64,000 nucleotides of DNA from Camelus dromedarius (lineage: Eukaryota): positions 53,632,001-53,696,000 of the forward strand of contig NC_087436.1 in NCBI RefSeq assembly GCF_036321535.1, in the 5' to 3' direction. The notes beneath the pieces were generated by a model. The model had not been told where the DNA came from and did not search any database. It saw only the letters and a list, made by a program, of their open reading frames with translations. Shown here piece by piece: positions 52,920 to 64,000 of this stretch. Position numbers and translations under genes: made by a program. Position 1 is the first letter of the stretch. Each line of letters opens with the position of its first letter.

Positions 52920-53075
52920 AAAACTGCGCGAGGAGCCGACATGGAGCAAAACAGCACTTTATTGCAGTGCCAGCGGGTGGCGCACGCGGTGGCCGTAGTG
53001 GCGGCAGCGGAGCACAGCACGTTCTTCTAGTTCAACAAGATGGCGCTTCCCGTGCGGCGCACTTGCCCTGCTGTC
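52920..53075 (-). pseudogene. Pseudo-exon, CpG-rich
   Basis: APHG..RVRHPLALQ*..VGSSRS vs GREB1 CGHG..HVRARLALEE..LGSPSS. Confidence 0.7.
52960..53050 (+). promoter_or_regulatory. CpG-rich patch with CTCF-like and YY1-like motifs
   Basis: CCAGCGGGTGGCGC at 52970-52983 (13/14 to CCASYAGRKGGCRS); CAACAAGATGGCGC at 53033-53046 (12/14), containing YY1-like CAAGATGGCG. Confidence 0.5.
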
Positions 53076-53158
53076 ATCTATTTTGCCCGCACGTGTGCAG
53101 TGTTCATTTCTTTGTTCATACCGCTTACATAACTGGCATGCATACATTTACCTCTTAC

Positions 53159-53531
53159 CAGGTGCAGGCTATTGTGAACTTTGGCCTGGGCCCCATGGCC
53201 TACTCACTTAAGGCTGCCGACAGGGTACAGCCCACAAACGTGGTTGTGAAACTCATGAATCAGAGTTTGACTTGCAGTTCCATTTGCTAGGGTAATCATT
53301 TGTTATCTTGAGCAAGAGACTCTGCTGGGACCCAAGTGTTAGTTTATGAACATTTTGATTATTGAGTCCCAGCTGCAAAATGCCAGAAGCTTGACTCTTC
53401 AAATATATCACATACTTACAGGAGGTAATGACTGCAATGACGGTGGCAGAGTTTAGCCCAAGCAAATATTTGTAATTGACAATGAATGTGTGAGCAGGAT
53501 GCTAATGAATGGATGTGCTGATTATCTCCTC
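53159..53531 (-). pseudogene. Two pseudo-exons (53420-53531 and 53159-53286)
   Basis: Branch-like ACTAAT and acceptor ACAG|G, donor CCT|GTAAGT, acceptor CTAG|C, donor CTG|GTAAGA; phases are compatible. IH*HPAHTFIV..SATVIAV..NGTASQTL vs GREB1 LHSAVIRTFVL..AAALMAV..NYTSVETL. Confidence 0.75.
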
Positions 53532-54109
53532 CTGTCACAAACATTAGTTCTTGTTTGGTTTAACTGTCAAACTGATGCTATAGATTAGAAGTGGCAGAAT
53601 GCTGGCCAAGATCCACAGTGGAGAAGAATATTAAGAAAATTTGCAAATTGTATAACTTTTGATACTTCCATGTCCAAATTTGAATTGTTTGTGGGTGTTA
53701 GCAGGAGGTTATGGCTTAATTATAGGCCTAACTGAAAATCAGTTAGATTTACAAGTACACCTGGATTTCTGAGGTGTTTCCTTTTAGGACGGGAAACCAA
53801 GCTGATGACATTTTCTTGGATTCAAGAGGATATCTTGAACTAAACAGTGGACTTTGAGATTAGATGTGTACAGAGAACAAACATTTTGTTCTTTCCAGTT
53901 ATAGACGTTCGTATTCAGTTTTGGATGATCACATTTGATGTGTTGTTATGTATACTTGCGTATGTTGGTTTGGTTTGTTGGTAACATTGTTCTTGGAATT
54001 CATGGTGGTCTCAGCTTGGGGTGTTGTCATCCGTGACAGTGACCGCTCTTTCCAGCAGACTTGGTGTTGGTGGCTTTATGTTGCGATGATTTTTGTGTCT
54101 GAACATAGC

Positions 54110-54720
54110 AGCTGCTGAGTCTGTCTTGCCTTCGATGTCACGTAACAGGCCCTGATGCCCAGGCGTAGGGGTGTGTCATCTGGGCAGGAGTGTCTCTCAC
54201 AGCTATGACATGACATATAGACCTTGAGCTTAGCCTGCACTTATGGGTACCTTGGTGGGCCCTCTGTCCTCCAGTGACCCACCTGACCTGATTATTCACT
54301 AGGTTGTCTCTTTGTACATCAGGGGGTCATAAAGCAGCCAGTGAAAGTCAGAGGCAGATGTGGTGACACTGTGCATAGGATGGCTTGAAAGGAGTGACAC
54401 TTCATGGAGTATCTTTTCTCCATGAATCTGCCCTGTCCCCATATGGGCCTCCTTCATCTCAGCAGCAGGACTTACCTTTAAGGCATTCTAAAAGATCCCT
54501 TACAGAGAGTGAGAAGAGGGCAGAGGGGACCAGCAGCTGTGCTCACTGATGGGGGAAAGTGGGCTTTTGATCACAGCTTTTCCTAGAAGAATAGCAGTAC
54601 AACGATGTGTGTACCTTCCTGTTTTAATCTCAGCCACAGCAATGCAGTTCTGCTTTAAGATCAAGGGCGCTGCCTCCTCCTTCAGTCGCCCTGTGTGTTT
54701 CTCCAGGGACTTAGAACCAC
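54110..54720 (-). pseudogene. Pseudo-exon(s)
   Basis: KEEAAPLILKQNCIAVAEIK vs [30 protein letters not shown]..EMKEA vs [22 protein letters not shown]..MYKE vs VTSF..NEIHW..LYHE; YVMS*L*ETL..GHQGLLRD vs YFGLSEFIESTLSGHSLPLLRYD. Confidence 0.8.
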
Positions 54721-55019
54721 AGCAGCAGGTGACAGTTCACATTGCAGCAGGTCATTTACTGGGAAATTACTAAGTGCCAGAACTGGCTAAGGAAAATACA
54801 TACTCTATCTTATCAAATCCTTCCAGTCATCAGTGTTCTACTAAATGTACCAGAGTGAGTGCCTTTATTATCCTTATTTTGCAGTCAAGGAAGCTGAAGC
54901 TTCTAGAAATTTAAGTAAGTTTGCTGAGGTCACACAGTTAGCAATAGAGGAGCTGGAACTCTCCCCCCCCCCCAACCTTTCTGACATCAAACTTGATAGT
55001 CCTAACCACTAGGCTGACT

Positions 55020-55600
55020 GCATCCAGGGCCAATGCCTGCATGTCCGGCAACAGCCTGCCTCTGTGTCTAGGGTGCAGCACCAGTGAGTTTATGTATTTA
55101 CAATTACCTGCTGACCCTTCCTGATAGAGGAGCACTTGAGAATATGACTTTTTAATAATTTTTAATCATAGCCACTTGGGCTGACCTATTATTCAGGTGA
55201 GTTTCTCTGATTACTTCAACCCAGCAGCAGTGCTCTTGTCACCACTGTCTTTTGCTCTGTAAATTCAGGCTGATGCCAGAAGCTGTCACTTTCACTCTCC
55301 CAGCTCCTGGAGTCAGCTTCTCAATCCTTTCACCGAGTGTTAGACCAGGCTCAGGTCAGGCCATTTCCTTGGACTTCCTGTCTTCACACCTTTCTGTAGG
55401 AGCCAAAATCCTTCCAGAGCTGTTCTCTCTGTTACTGCCAGCATGCTTCTCCACCATGGGGAAATCGGGGCCATGGTTTTTCACTTTCCCTCTCCAGGCT
55501 GCAGAGAGCATGTTGTTGCTTTTCTCATCTCCTTTGTCTGTCCTGCCCAGACCCACTTCGACCACTACTACTGTACTCTAAGTCACTATCTCTTGTTTAC
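55020..55600 (-). pseudogene. Pseudo-exon(s)
   Basis: RSAQVAM/[fs]KLLKSHIL..GNCKYINSLVLHP vs GREB1 RPFQLAVAQKLLSHVC..GSFEKVDFLICIP. Confidence 0.7.
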
Positions 55601-55636
55601 AGCCACTGGTCTTTCTGCTTCTACTCTTAATTCTCC

Positions 55637-56270
55637 TGTATAAGTTATCTGTTGCCATGTAACAAATTGTCCCAAAACATAATGACTTAAAAACAGCGAA
55701 TATACATTGTTACCCAGTTGTTGGGAGTAACGAAACTGAGAGCTACTTCTCTGGATGCCTCTGGCTCGAAGTCTCCTGTAAAGTTACAGCCCAGCTGTTG
55801 GTCAGGGCTGCAGTTACCTCAAGATGGGACCACAGTAATGTGCAGCAACATGGATGGACCTGGAGATTATCATTCTAAGTGAAGTAAGTCAGAAAGAGAA
55901 AGAAAAATACCATGTGATATCACTTATATGTGGAATCTAAAAAAAAAGACACAAATGAACTTATTTACAAAACAGAGATAGACTTACAGACATAGAAAAC
56001 AAACTTATGGCTACTAGCGGGTAAAGGGGGTGGGGAGAGGTAAATTGGGAGTTCGGAATTTGCAGATACTAACTACTATATGTAAAATAGATAAACAAGG
56101 CCCTACTGTATAGCACAGGGAACTATATTCAATTTCTTATAATAACATATGATGGAAAAGTATGTATATGTATAATTGAATTGCTTTGCTGTACATCTGA
56201 AACTAACATTGTAACTCAACTACACTTCAATAAAAAATAAAATAAAGTAAATAATAAAATAAATAAAAAC
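55637..56270. mobile_element. MLT1F fragment abutting a + strand L1 3' end (55835-56270)
   Basis: tgtataagttatctgttgcc..; gcagcaacatggatggacctggagatt..caataaaaa tail. Confidence 0.8.
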
Positions 56271-56567
56271 CTTAGATCCAGGCAAGGGTAGGGAGATGGG
56301 AAGAGAGTATCTATACCTTAGCACAAAGGCTTACTTATGGAAGTCACTTTAAAAAAAAAAGAAAGGAAAGAATGTATAAAAGTATATAGCAAAAACATTA
56401 ATCCTCTCTGACCCTGGAAAGATCAATTCCATATTTTATATTATAAACAAAAACAGTTTTAGTTTTTTGAATCCCTTATCCAGAAACACTTGAAAAGGAA
56501 GATGAACAGAAATGATTATTTTTTACTCTCAACATGACTGTGAAAAGAGTTAAATTAAAAATCAAAA

Positions 56568-56713
56568 GGGGGGAGGCTATAGCTCAAGTAGTAGAGTGCA
56601 TGCTTAGTATACGCAAGGTCCTAGGTTCAATCCCCAGTACCTCCTCTAAAAATAAATAAAAGTAAACCCTCCCCCCTATGAAAAATATAAAATGAAAATA
56701 AATTTTTAAAAAA
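56568..56713 (+). mobile_element. tRNA-derived SINE
   Basis: ggggaggctatagctcaagtagtagag..ggttcaatccccagtacctcc followed by an A-rich tail. Confidence 0.9.
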
Positions 56714-56939
56714 GCCCAAGAACATTGAAATGTCTAAGTCCAGAATGAGTCCAAATATTTGGCCACATCATTTTGTTGTTGTTGTTACATTCACTAGTTA
56801 TATTTTTAAAATTCCACATATAAGTGATATCATACAGTATTTATCTTTTTCTGAATATTATCTTGAAGAGTAGGAGACATAGTAAAGACTTTACACACAG
56901 TTTTTAATCTATAAATACAATAGTATTTTGGTATTTTGG

Positions 56940-57470
56940 CCACAAAAAATGTCATTTTAAAATGTAGATCAGATCATGTCATTCATCTGCTCAAAGCCTT
57001 TCAGTGGCTTCCCAGTGTCCACAGTCCTTATCATGGCCCAGGAGGCCCTTCAGGAATCTCTGCTATTTTTCTGACCCCCTTTTCTTCCACTCTCCCCTTT
57101 ACTTCCTTCCGTTCTTGCACAAGCCTCCACTGTTTCTGTCAAACTGACTTCCATGTCAGGGCCTTGAACTTGCTGTTCCCTCTGTGCTGGCCCCTCCCCC
57201 TGGATAACCTCAGTCTTCATTCAGATCTCTTCGGAAGTGGCCCCCTCTCAGACGCCATCCCTGGCCACTCTAGTGAGAATATACTGCTTGTTGGTTTCTA
57301 CTCCCTTACTTGGTTTGATTTTTTTCCATGTCATATGTCACTTATCCAGCATATTATATGAAATTACCTGTATATTTCCTGTATCCTCCAGTAGCATATT
57401 AAACTCCCAGGGGCAGGACTTGGTTTTGTATTTGCCTGTGTCCTCAGTGCCCAGGACAATACCTTGCCAT
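56940..57470 (+). mobile_element. L2 3' region
   Basis: atcagatcatgtca..ctcaaagccttcagtggcttcc..gggcaggac..cagtgcccaggaca. Confidence 0.75.
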
Positions 57471-57499
57471 AAATGGGTGACAGTTATAATATGGCCCAC

Positions 57500-57953
57500 T
57501 GGATTGAATCTGTGGAAGTGATAAACAAAGTCCATATCCACCAAAACCCAAAGTAAAAGACAATGATTTTCATGATGCCCTTTTCCTGTGTCCACATGCC
57601 ATCGCTGCCCTTGGAGGAGCAGCTCAGTCACTCCAGTTCACCACTATCAACAAGGAGGTATTATCATCAAGAAGTCTGAGTTCAGATGCCATCCTCATAG
57701 GGCACTGAAAACTCACGATGAGCCCCAAATGGTGACTTTATGGGAAAACTGTTTTCAAGCTCCCTCCTTTTTGAATGAAAACACAGTGCCCCTTCTCTTG
57801 GGAGCTCCTTAGTGAGGTATGATGCACTTCATGGCTGAGAGAGAGGAGGTCGGGGAACATGGGCTGATTAAGATATCCAACTGAGGCAACAGGGAATCAA
57901 AGGTCAGTTTTCTAAGTGTTGTTTGCAAGCACCATAACTTCAGTTCAGGCCTC
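57500..57953 (-). pseudogene. Pseudo-exon
   Basis: Strong acceptor (ttttcccccatcgctctgtag|G). HLEN..SW and VNWSD*AA[fs]SS..EKGIMKII are weakly similar to GREB1 DLEQIFLRSW and LPWLASLAASS..AEGLSEMF. Confidence 0.45.
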
Positions 57954-58009
57954 CTACAGAGCGATGGGGGAAAAGTCCAAGGCTGCGTGGTTTATTTTGC
58001 TGTCTTTAC

Positions 58010-58292
58010 TTCAATAATAAAATATCAATTATATTTTAGTGGAGAGTTTCCGATATACCTTTGAACATGTTGCGCTTTCATCCTGGACTCTATAACTTGT
58101 GAGAAGATGCTTGAGGCCAATGCAAGGGCTGGTAAAGGGATGGACTTTGTGATTTTTATCATTGAGTGGTGAAAAAAAAGTTGGTTTTCTTTGCATCCAA
58201 AGAGCATTTGCTTCGTACACATCGCAGCTGAGAAACTGACAGGAACGGGGAGAGGAGCTTCTGGCTGCTGTAGTTTTATGGAAGTTTTCATC
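58010..58292 (-). pseudogene. Pseudo-exon
   Basis: PLPVP..C..LFG / LND..VHPFTSPC..SYRVQDESA..LSTKI*LIFYY vs GREB1 PVSVP..C..IFKG..LNDVVVSPLLYTC..AYEQYGASA..ISEEMQLLLTVYY. Confidence 0.65.
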
Positions 58293-58406
58293 TTTTAAAT
58301 TATTAGAATCTCTCATTTAACTCATGGGCTATTTTTTCTGAGGAACACTTGAATGTAAGAGTGGTATCTCTGGAGTAAATAGAATATACTTTGTGGAATA
58401 AGTTTG

Positions 58407-59528
58407 GGGTTTCTTCTTTTTTTAACTGAAGTATAGTCAGTTTACAATGTTGTGTCAATTTCTGGTGTACAGCATAATGTTTCAGTCATACATATACACA
58501 CATATATTCATTTTCCTATTCTTTTTCATTATAGGTTACTATAAGACATTGAATATAGTTTCCTGTGCTATACAGTATGAACTTGTTTGTCTCTTTTAAA
58601 TATAATAGTTAGTATCTGCAAATCTTGAACTCCTAATTTATCCCTTCCCACACTGTTTCCTGCCTGTGAACCATAAGTTTGTTTTCTATGTCCGTGAGTC
58701 TGTTTCTATTTTGTAAATAAGTTCATTTGTCTTTTTTTTTTTTTTAGATTCCACATATGAATGATATCATATGGTATTTTTCTTTCTCTTTCTGGCTTAC
58801 TTCACTTAGAATGACAATCTCCAGTTCCATCCATGTTACTGCAAATGGCATTATTTTTAATGGCTGAGTAGTATTCCATTGTATAAATTCACCACAACTT
58901 CTTTATCCAGTCATCTGTTGATGGACATTTAGGTTGTTTCCATGTCCTGGCTATTGTAAATAGTGCTGCTATGAACATTGGAGTGCACGTGTCTTTTTGA
59001 ATCAAAGTTCCCTCTGGATATATGCCCAGGAGTGGGATTGCTGGATCATACAGTAAGTCTATTTTTAATCTTTTGAGGAATTTCCATACTGTTTTCCCTG
59101 ATGACTGCACCAAACATTCTCACAAACAGTGTAGGAGGAGGGTCCTCTTTTCTCTACACCCTCTCTAGCATATATTGTTTGTGGATTTTTGAATGATGGC
59201 CATTCTGACTGGTGTGAGGTGATACCTCGTTGCAGTTTTTGATTGCATTTCCCTAGTAACTAGTGATATTGAGCATTTTTTCATGTGCCTATTGGCCATT
59301 TGTATGTCTTCATTGGAGAATTGCTTGTTTAGGTCTTCTGCCCAATTTTGGATTAGGTAGTTTGTCTTTTATTACTGAGTTGTATGAGCTGTTTATATAT
59401 TCTCGAAATTAAGCCCATGTCAGTTTCATCTTTTGCAAATATTTTCTCCATTCCCTAAGTTGTCGTTTTGTTTTGCTTATGGTTTCTTTTGCTGTGCAAA
59501 ATCTTGTAAGTTTAATTAGGTCTCATTA
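58407..59528 (-). mobile_element. Lineage L1, 5'-truncated (ORF2 C-terminus and 3' UTR)
   Basis: Peptide [44 protein letters not shown] core gtggaataag at 58393 and 59529. Confidence 0.95.
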
Positions 59529-60919
59529 GTGGAATAAGGTTTGTGTCAGCATCTTTATTTTCTGTGTGGCATGGTGGACTTTCAAAGGTCTTTTCTTTTT
59601 TTAAATTTCTCTTTCCTCTCAAAACCATATACATTAGAAAACAGTTGCTTCATAGTATCTAAAAATCAATTACAATAAAAATACTAATTTGTCTGAGTCT
59701 CTGCTTTCTTACTTTTCAAATGGGATTGAACCCCTAAACTAACATAATATTATAAATCAACTATAGTTCAATTTAAAAAATGGGGTTGATGGCCCCACAG
59801 CATAAGGTTATCAGGAAGAATAAATGAGACAATATAACCACAGCTCTCAGCTCCGGAGTTTAACAAATAGCAACCCTTCCATAAATTGTTCTCATCATTG
59901 TTATAATATTATTGTAACAAAAAGAAGGAAGAACACTAAAGAGTTCAAGTCATAGCTTTAAACAACAATTTAAGGAAGAAGTAGTTCCAAAGACATGAAT
60001 GGTCAAAGAGAACTCGAGCTGGTGGAGGTTTTGTATCAATTTGTACAACTTTCAGATTCAACCCAGTGAAGTGTCATTGCCCTCCCTTTATTATTCAGTA
60101 GTGAAATATCATTTTCTTAAAGGCAATTAATTGGTACACTTTTTAACTTTTTACTTAAAAAATACTTTAAAAAATAAGTTTCTCTTTAAAGAAATAGGTT
60201 ATGCATTAATATGGTTCAAAATTCAAATGACACAAAGGGTGAACAGCAATAATTCTCCTGTCCTCCCTGCCCCCACCCCCATGCCTATTTGGAGGCAATC
60301 AGTGCTACTAATGTCTTAATAGTCTAGTTATATACAAAGACTTGTGTATATTTTCCCCTTCACACAAATTGAAGCACAGAGCACTTGCTGTTCTGTATCT
60401 TCTTTTTATCACTTAGCAAATTATATCCACAATAATCCTCATTTTTTGTGGTTGTATCTGATTCTTTTTATAGATGAACATAATTTATGTCTCCCATTAC
60501 TGAACATCAAGTTGTTTCCATCAGTTGCAATTGTAGACAGTGTTGCAGTGAATAATCTTGTGAATATATCATTTCTCGCAAATTCGAGTTGACCTGAAGG
60601 ATGAAGTCATGAAGAGTAATTCTGATGGGAATTGCCAAAGTGCCCTCCAGAGCTGTTACATCAGTTTTCACTCTTGCCAGCAGTGTATGTTTGAGCAAGC
60701 CTGTTTCCCCCACCTCCACCAGCACAGTGTAATACCAGGTGTTCATCAGCTCTGCTATTTTGATGGGTAAAGTTTTACTTTGTATTTCTCTTATTATGAG
60801 TATAATTGAACATCTTAAAAAATGCGTTTAAGAGCCTTCTCTGCAAACTGTTGGTCTTCTTCTTTGCCTATTTCTTTATTGAGCTGTTGGTAAATTGGGA
60901 TATTAAAGCTTAGAGTATA

Positions 60920-61135
60920 CAGGGTAGTGGAAAGGAATAGATCTTAAAGTTGGTGGACCATATTCAAATTCTGGTTCAATCTTTTATCAGTTACGTAAAT
61001 ACTTCTGTGCTTCAGTTTCCTCATCTCTAAACTGATGATAACAATGCCTTCTTCACAGGGCTCTAGGCAGGATTAAAAGAGATTATTATGTAGCACACTT
61101 AGTACAATATCTAGCCCTTAGGGACTCAATAAATT
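60920..61135 (+). mobile_element. MIR
   Basis: gtagtggaaag..ttcaaattctgg..cttcagtttcctcatct. Confidence 0.75.
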
Positions 61136-62448
61136 TAGAAGTGTCTTCTTTTTTCTCCCATTATTGTATGGAGATTACAATAGTTTTCATACTCCTGAGG
61201 AGTCACATATAATTTCTCAAAAAGAAAGAAAGGAAAAATGTATGGAGAGGGAGGAACAGAGGATGGGACAGAGGAGCCATGTGGCTTGGTTGGGGCGTCT
61301 TCAATCCTTTTTTATCGTGTTGCCTAGCATGCTTCTGAAAACACTCCTTCCTCTGAAGGTGATCAGGGAATACAGGCTAATTTTAATATCAGCACCAGCA
61401 AAATATAATTAGGGAAGTAAATCTGCTGTGCCCAGATGCACATTATGTGTTACAAAGTCAATATGTAATGTGGCTTTAGAAAGTCACTTGTGCCCTGGCA
61501 TTATTTGGGGAGTTATTGGGGCTTGAACAATAACCTTGCAGTCAGCTCTCCAAAATGTTTGCTGCACTGACTTGGTGCGTTACTTCTTTTCATTAGCAAA
61601 ATAGCAAGAATGTCATCTTCTCAACTCTTCCCTGGGCAGATGTGTGTTATTATTCTCTGTATCACCAGTGCCTAGCTCAGTCCCAAGCACACAGGACAGG
61701 TTGAACCCAACTGGATTGTGGACTGAGACTGTGCTTTTGAAATTCAGTATGAATCAAGGTTAAAACCCGAAATGGAGAATTATAAACGTCTCTGACGTTC
61801 AAGAAGGACAGCGATGCACTGTTCTGCTCTGTATCTATTTCACATGCCAGTTTTGTCTAGAGAGCCGTGAGTTTCACTATTTTTTAGTTCACAACATTTG
61901 ATTTTTATTTTATTTCAGATTTCTTCCCTCTGACTCGCCAGATGTGATCTGCTGTATATTCATTTGAAATAAAATTAATTGTAAATCTGTTTTGTGAATT
62001 CCTTAATATCTCATAGGGTAAATGGAGAGGCCATAAGGTGCTGTGAAATCTGATGGAAAAATGATACTCTGGAGACGCTGGGATGTGATATTTTAATAGC
62101 TTCATAGGCGAATGAACGCTGAGGATGACTTTCACATATTTTCTCTTTTTCTAAGCATTTAAAAATCACTTGCTCTGTACTCCATAGGCCTAGGCTGCAG
62201 TTTAATGTAAGTGAACAGGGTGTGTGCGTCAGCCATGCATGGTCTTCAAGCTAAGAATCAAAGGTTCTCAGAAGCCCCACCCTTACTTCCTGAAATTAGA
62301 GGCTATGAGCTCTGTGGTTCACCTTAGAGAGAGCTCACGCATTGCTGCAGAAGTCTCATCCTGGCTTCTGGCAGCTTGTCTCCTGGCCTATGGAGAGCCA
62401 CTTCCTCTTTGTGTGTGTACATGTGCGTGTATTTGCGTATGTGTGTAT

Positions 62449-62453
<5 letters not shown>

Positions 62454-62497
<44 letters not shown>
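62454..62497. repeat. (TG)n microsatellite
   Basis: Direct inspection. Confidence 0.95.
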
Positions 62498-62500
<3 letters not shown>

Positions 62501-62700
62501 CACACGCATGCTCATGCACCGCTCACATACCCCTCCCTCTTTGCTGCGTGCCCCACCCCGACGCTGCGGAGGCTCCTCTTAGCGCAGGCACACTGAGCTC
62601 TGAGGTCTGAGAAGGCAGCGGGAATGAACCCCCGGTCTCTTCCTATGCTTCAGCACACTCTAGCCTTAGGAATATCGGTCAGACTTGGAAGGAAGGTCAC

Positions 62701-63313
62701 CTGTGTATAAGACATTCCTGCCGGGACGCTGAGCCCGGAGGTGGAGTCTAAAGTACCAAGTGAGATCACATTCAGTCCTCGTCGCTCCGGAGATTTGCTG
62801 TTCAGTCGTTGGCCCCTTTCTTCCTCCTTATTCCCGTTCTCATTTTTATCCAAAAGGGACAGTCATTGATGTCTTCTTCAGGAGTGTGCAGCGGTGAGCA
62901 AGGCAGCACGTCCTGACTAACTCTGTCCCTTGTTTGTTGATCTGGAGAAGAAGGGTGAATCTCAGGGCCGGAATCTAGTTCGTGGTTCAGCATCAAGACC
63001 CCGGCCCGCTCCTGAGACCCATAACCACGGGTAGTTGAGCGTTAGCAGCGTCGGCCTCGTTAGGCTTCTGGGGCTTGAACACACCTTTCAGGACAGGAGC
63101 TGAGCAGGAATTCTCAGGAGGAGGAGTTTGCCAGGAGGGGAGAGCGACTCCGCAGGGGCTACGGGAGCAGGATGCTAAACGCCGGCGGCCTGGCTGAGCA
63201 GCCTCAGCGAAGGCTATCTGAAGGCGTAGGGGACGCTCCAGGGACAGCGGTCAGGAGTGCGGCCGTTCAGTCCACAGGCTGCTTTCCTCACCCTGGGCTT
63301 CCTTATTTCCCTC
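62701..63313 (-). pseudogene. Pseudo-exon, S/P/E-rich disordered region
   Basis: Acceptor TTGCAG|G at 63313 and donor CAG|GTGACC at 62701. Long, nearly open low-complexity frames with stops and frameshifts (ORF-track 62802..62996 and 62650..62853). Position fits the GREB1 disordered linker, but motif identity is weak. Confidence 0.5.
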
Positions 63314-63402
63314 CTGCAAGTTGTGGTTTCAAAATCAGCAACAACGTCCCCTCACAACATTTAGGGACTGCAAGTGCACGTGCGCACACGTGAGCGGTAT
63401 AC

Positions 63403-63590
63403 CTGTGATGTTCAAGTGTTAGACAGCTAACGTGGCGGGATGTGTCGTGTAACTTGTCCGCTGCATGAGAAGAATCCAGCAGAATACAGTCACGAAGCTT
63501 TTCTACTTGTCCTCCTACGGGTGCCTGCGAACACACTTGGTCAGAACTCTGCTTAAAGTGTCCTTAATGCATCTTGCGTTGCCACGTGGT
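63403..63590 (-). pseudogene. Pseudo-exon, GREB1 N-terminal conserved region
   Basis: GNARCIK/[fs]GHFKQSSDQV vs GREB1 [21 protein letters not shown]; ends at donor CAG|GTATAC. Confidence 0.5.
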
Positions 63591-64000
63591 TCTTTGGTCT
63601 CTTGTTACCTTTCTGGGTTCTCTTATCATTTATAATAGCTTTTCAGTGTTTCTGTTGTGTTTTCCAAATATTCATCATATTGAAAGGACATAGTGGAGGT
63701 TTAAGTTTCTCCTTTCTAACTTTTATACTTTTAATTTCATTTTCTTTCCTAAGTGTGTTTATTGCAGTACAGTGTTAAATAATAGTGATAGTAGGTATCC
63801 TTGTCTTGTGGTTTTTAAAAGCATAGCTGAGGCTGCAGTAAAATGCATACTCCTGTAAAATGCAGCTGTAAACATCCATTGTTCATATCTAGTAATTTTG
63901 TGTCTAAGAATTTAGTCTAGAGACATACTTAGAGATTCAGACGATTTATTGTTTATCTGGTTCTTCATAGTAATAGTATTTATAACGATGAAAAGTTAGA

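Larger units (their letters stand above)
37250..63590 (-). pseudogene. Decayed unprocessed GREB1/GREB1L-family pseudogene; the 5' end probably lies beyond the window
   Basis: About 20 minus-strand segments match GREB1 motifs in collinear order, with many in-frame stops and frameshifts and several surviving AG/GT splice signals. Aligned by eye from the remembered GREB1 sequence; not the intact GREB1 or GREB1L gene. Confidence 0.85.

Noticed and set aside
54476..54498. Apparent 23-nt minus-strand microexon with AAG|GTAAGT
   Set aside because: GREB1-like similarity continues in frame on both sides ([10 protein letters not shown]..EMKEA), so it is more likely part of a larger fossil exon.
57740..57800. 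HCVFIQKGGSL resembling GREB1 C-terminal HFVFSQPGGQL (also IKSPTF near 54570)
   Set aside because: Out of collinear order; the ordered match is at ~47600-47640. Treated as chance, which shows that single short motifs are unreliable.
58889..59113. Protein-like ORFs here and at 41620-41853, 43447-43683, 31900-32328
   Set aside because: L1 ORF2 fragments, not host genes.

Overview
Mammalian genomic DNA, most likely camelid: it carries six copies of a tRNA-derived SINE resembling the Tylopoda Vic-1 type, plus eutherian MIR, L2, L1M, MLT and MER elements. I find no intact protein-coding gene, RNA gene or CRISPR array. The left ~37 kb is repeat-rich and T-skewed on the + strand, like the intron of a + strand transcript, with only a few candidate exons. 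The main signal is a heavily decayed, intron-containing GREB1/GREB1L-family pseudogene on the minus strand from ~63,600 to ~37,250. About 20 manually translated segments match the GREB1 protein in perfect N-to-C order, broken by stops, frameshifts and transposon insertions. Alignments were made by eye against the human GREB1 sequence recalled from memory, so residue positions are approximate and need tblastn/HMM confirmation. One former exon is CpG-rich and carries CTCF/YY1-like motifs. Repeat family names were assigned by eye and many boundaries are approximate.
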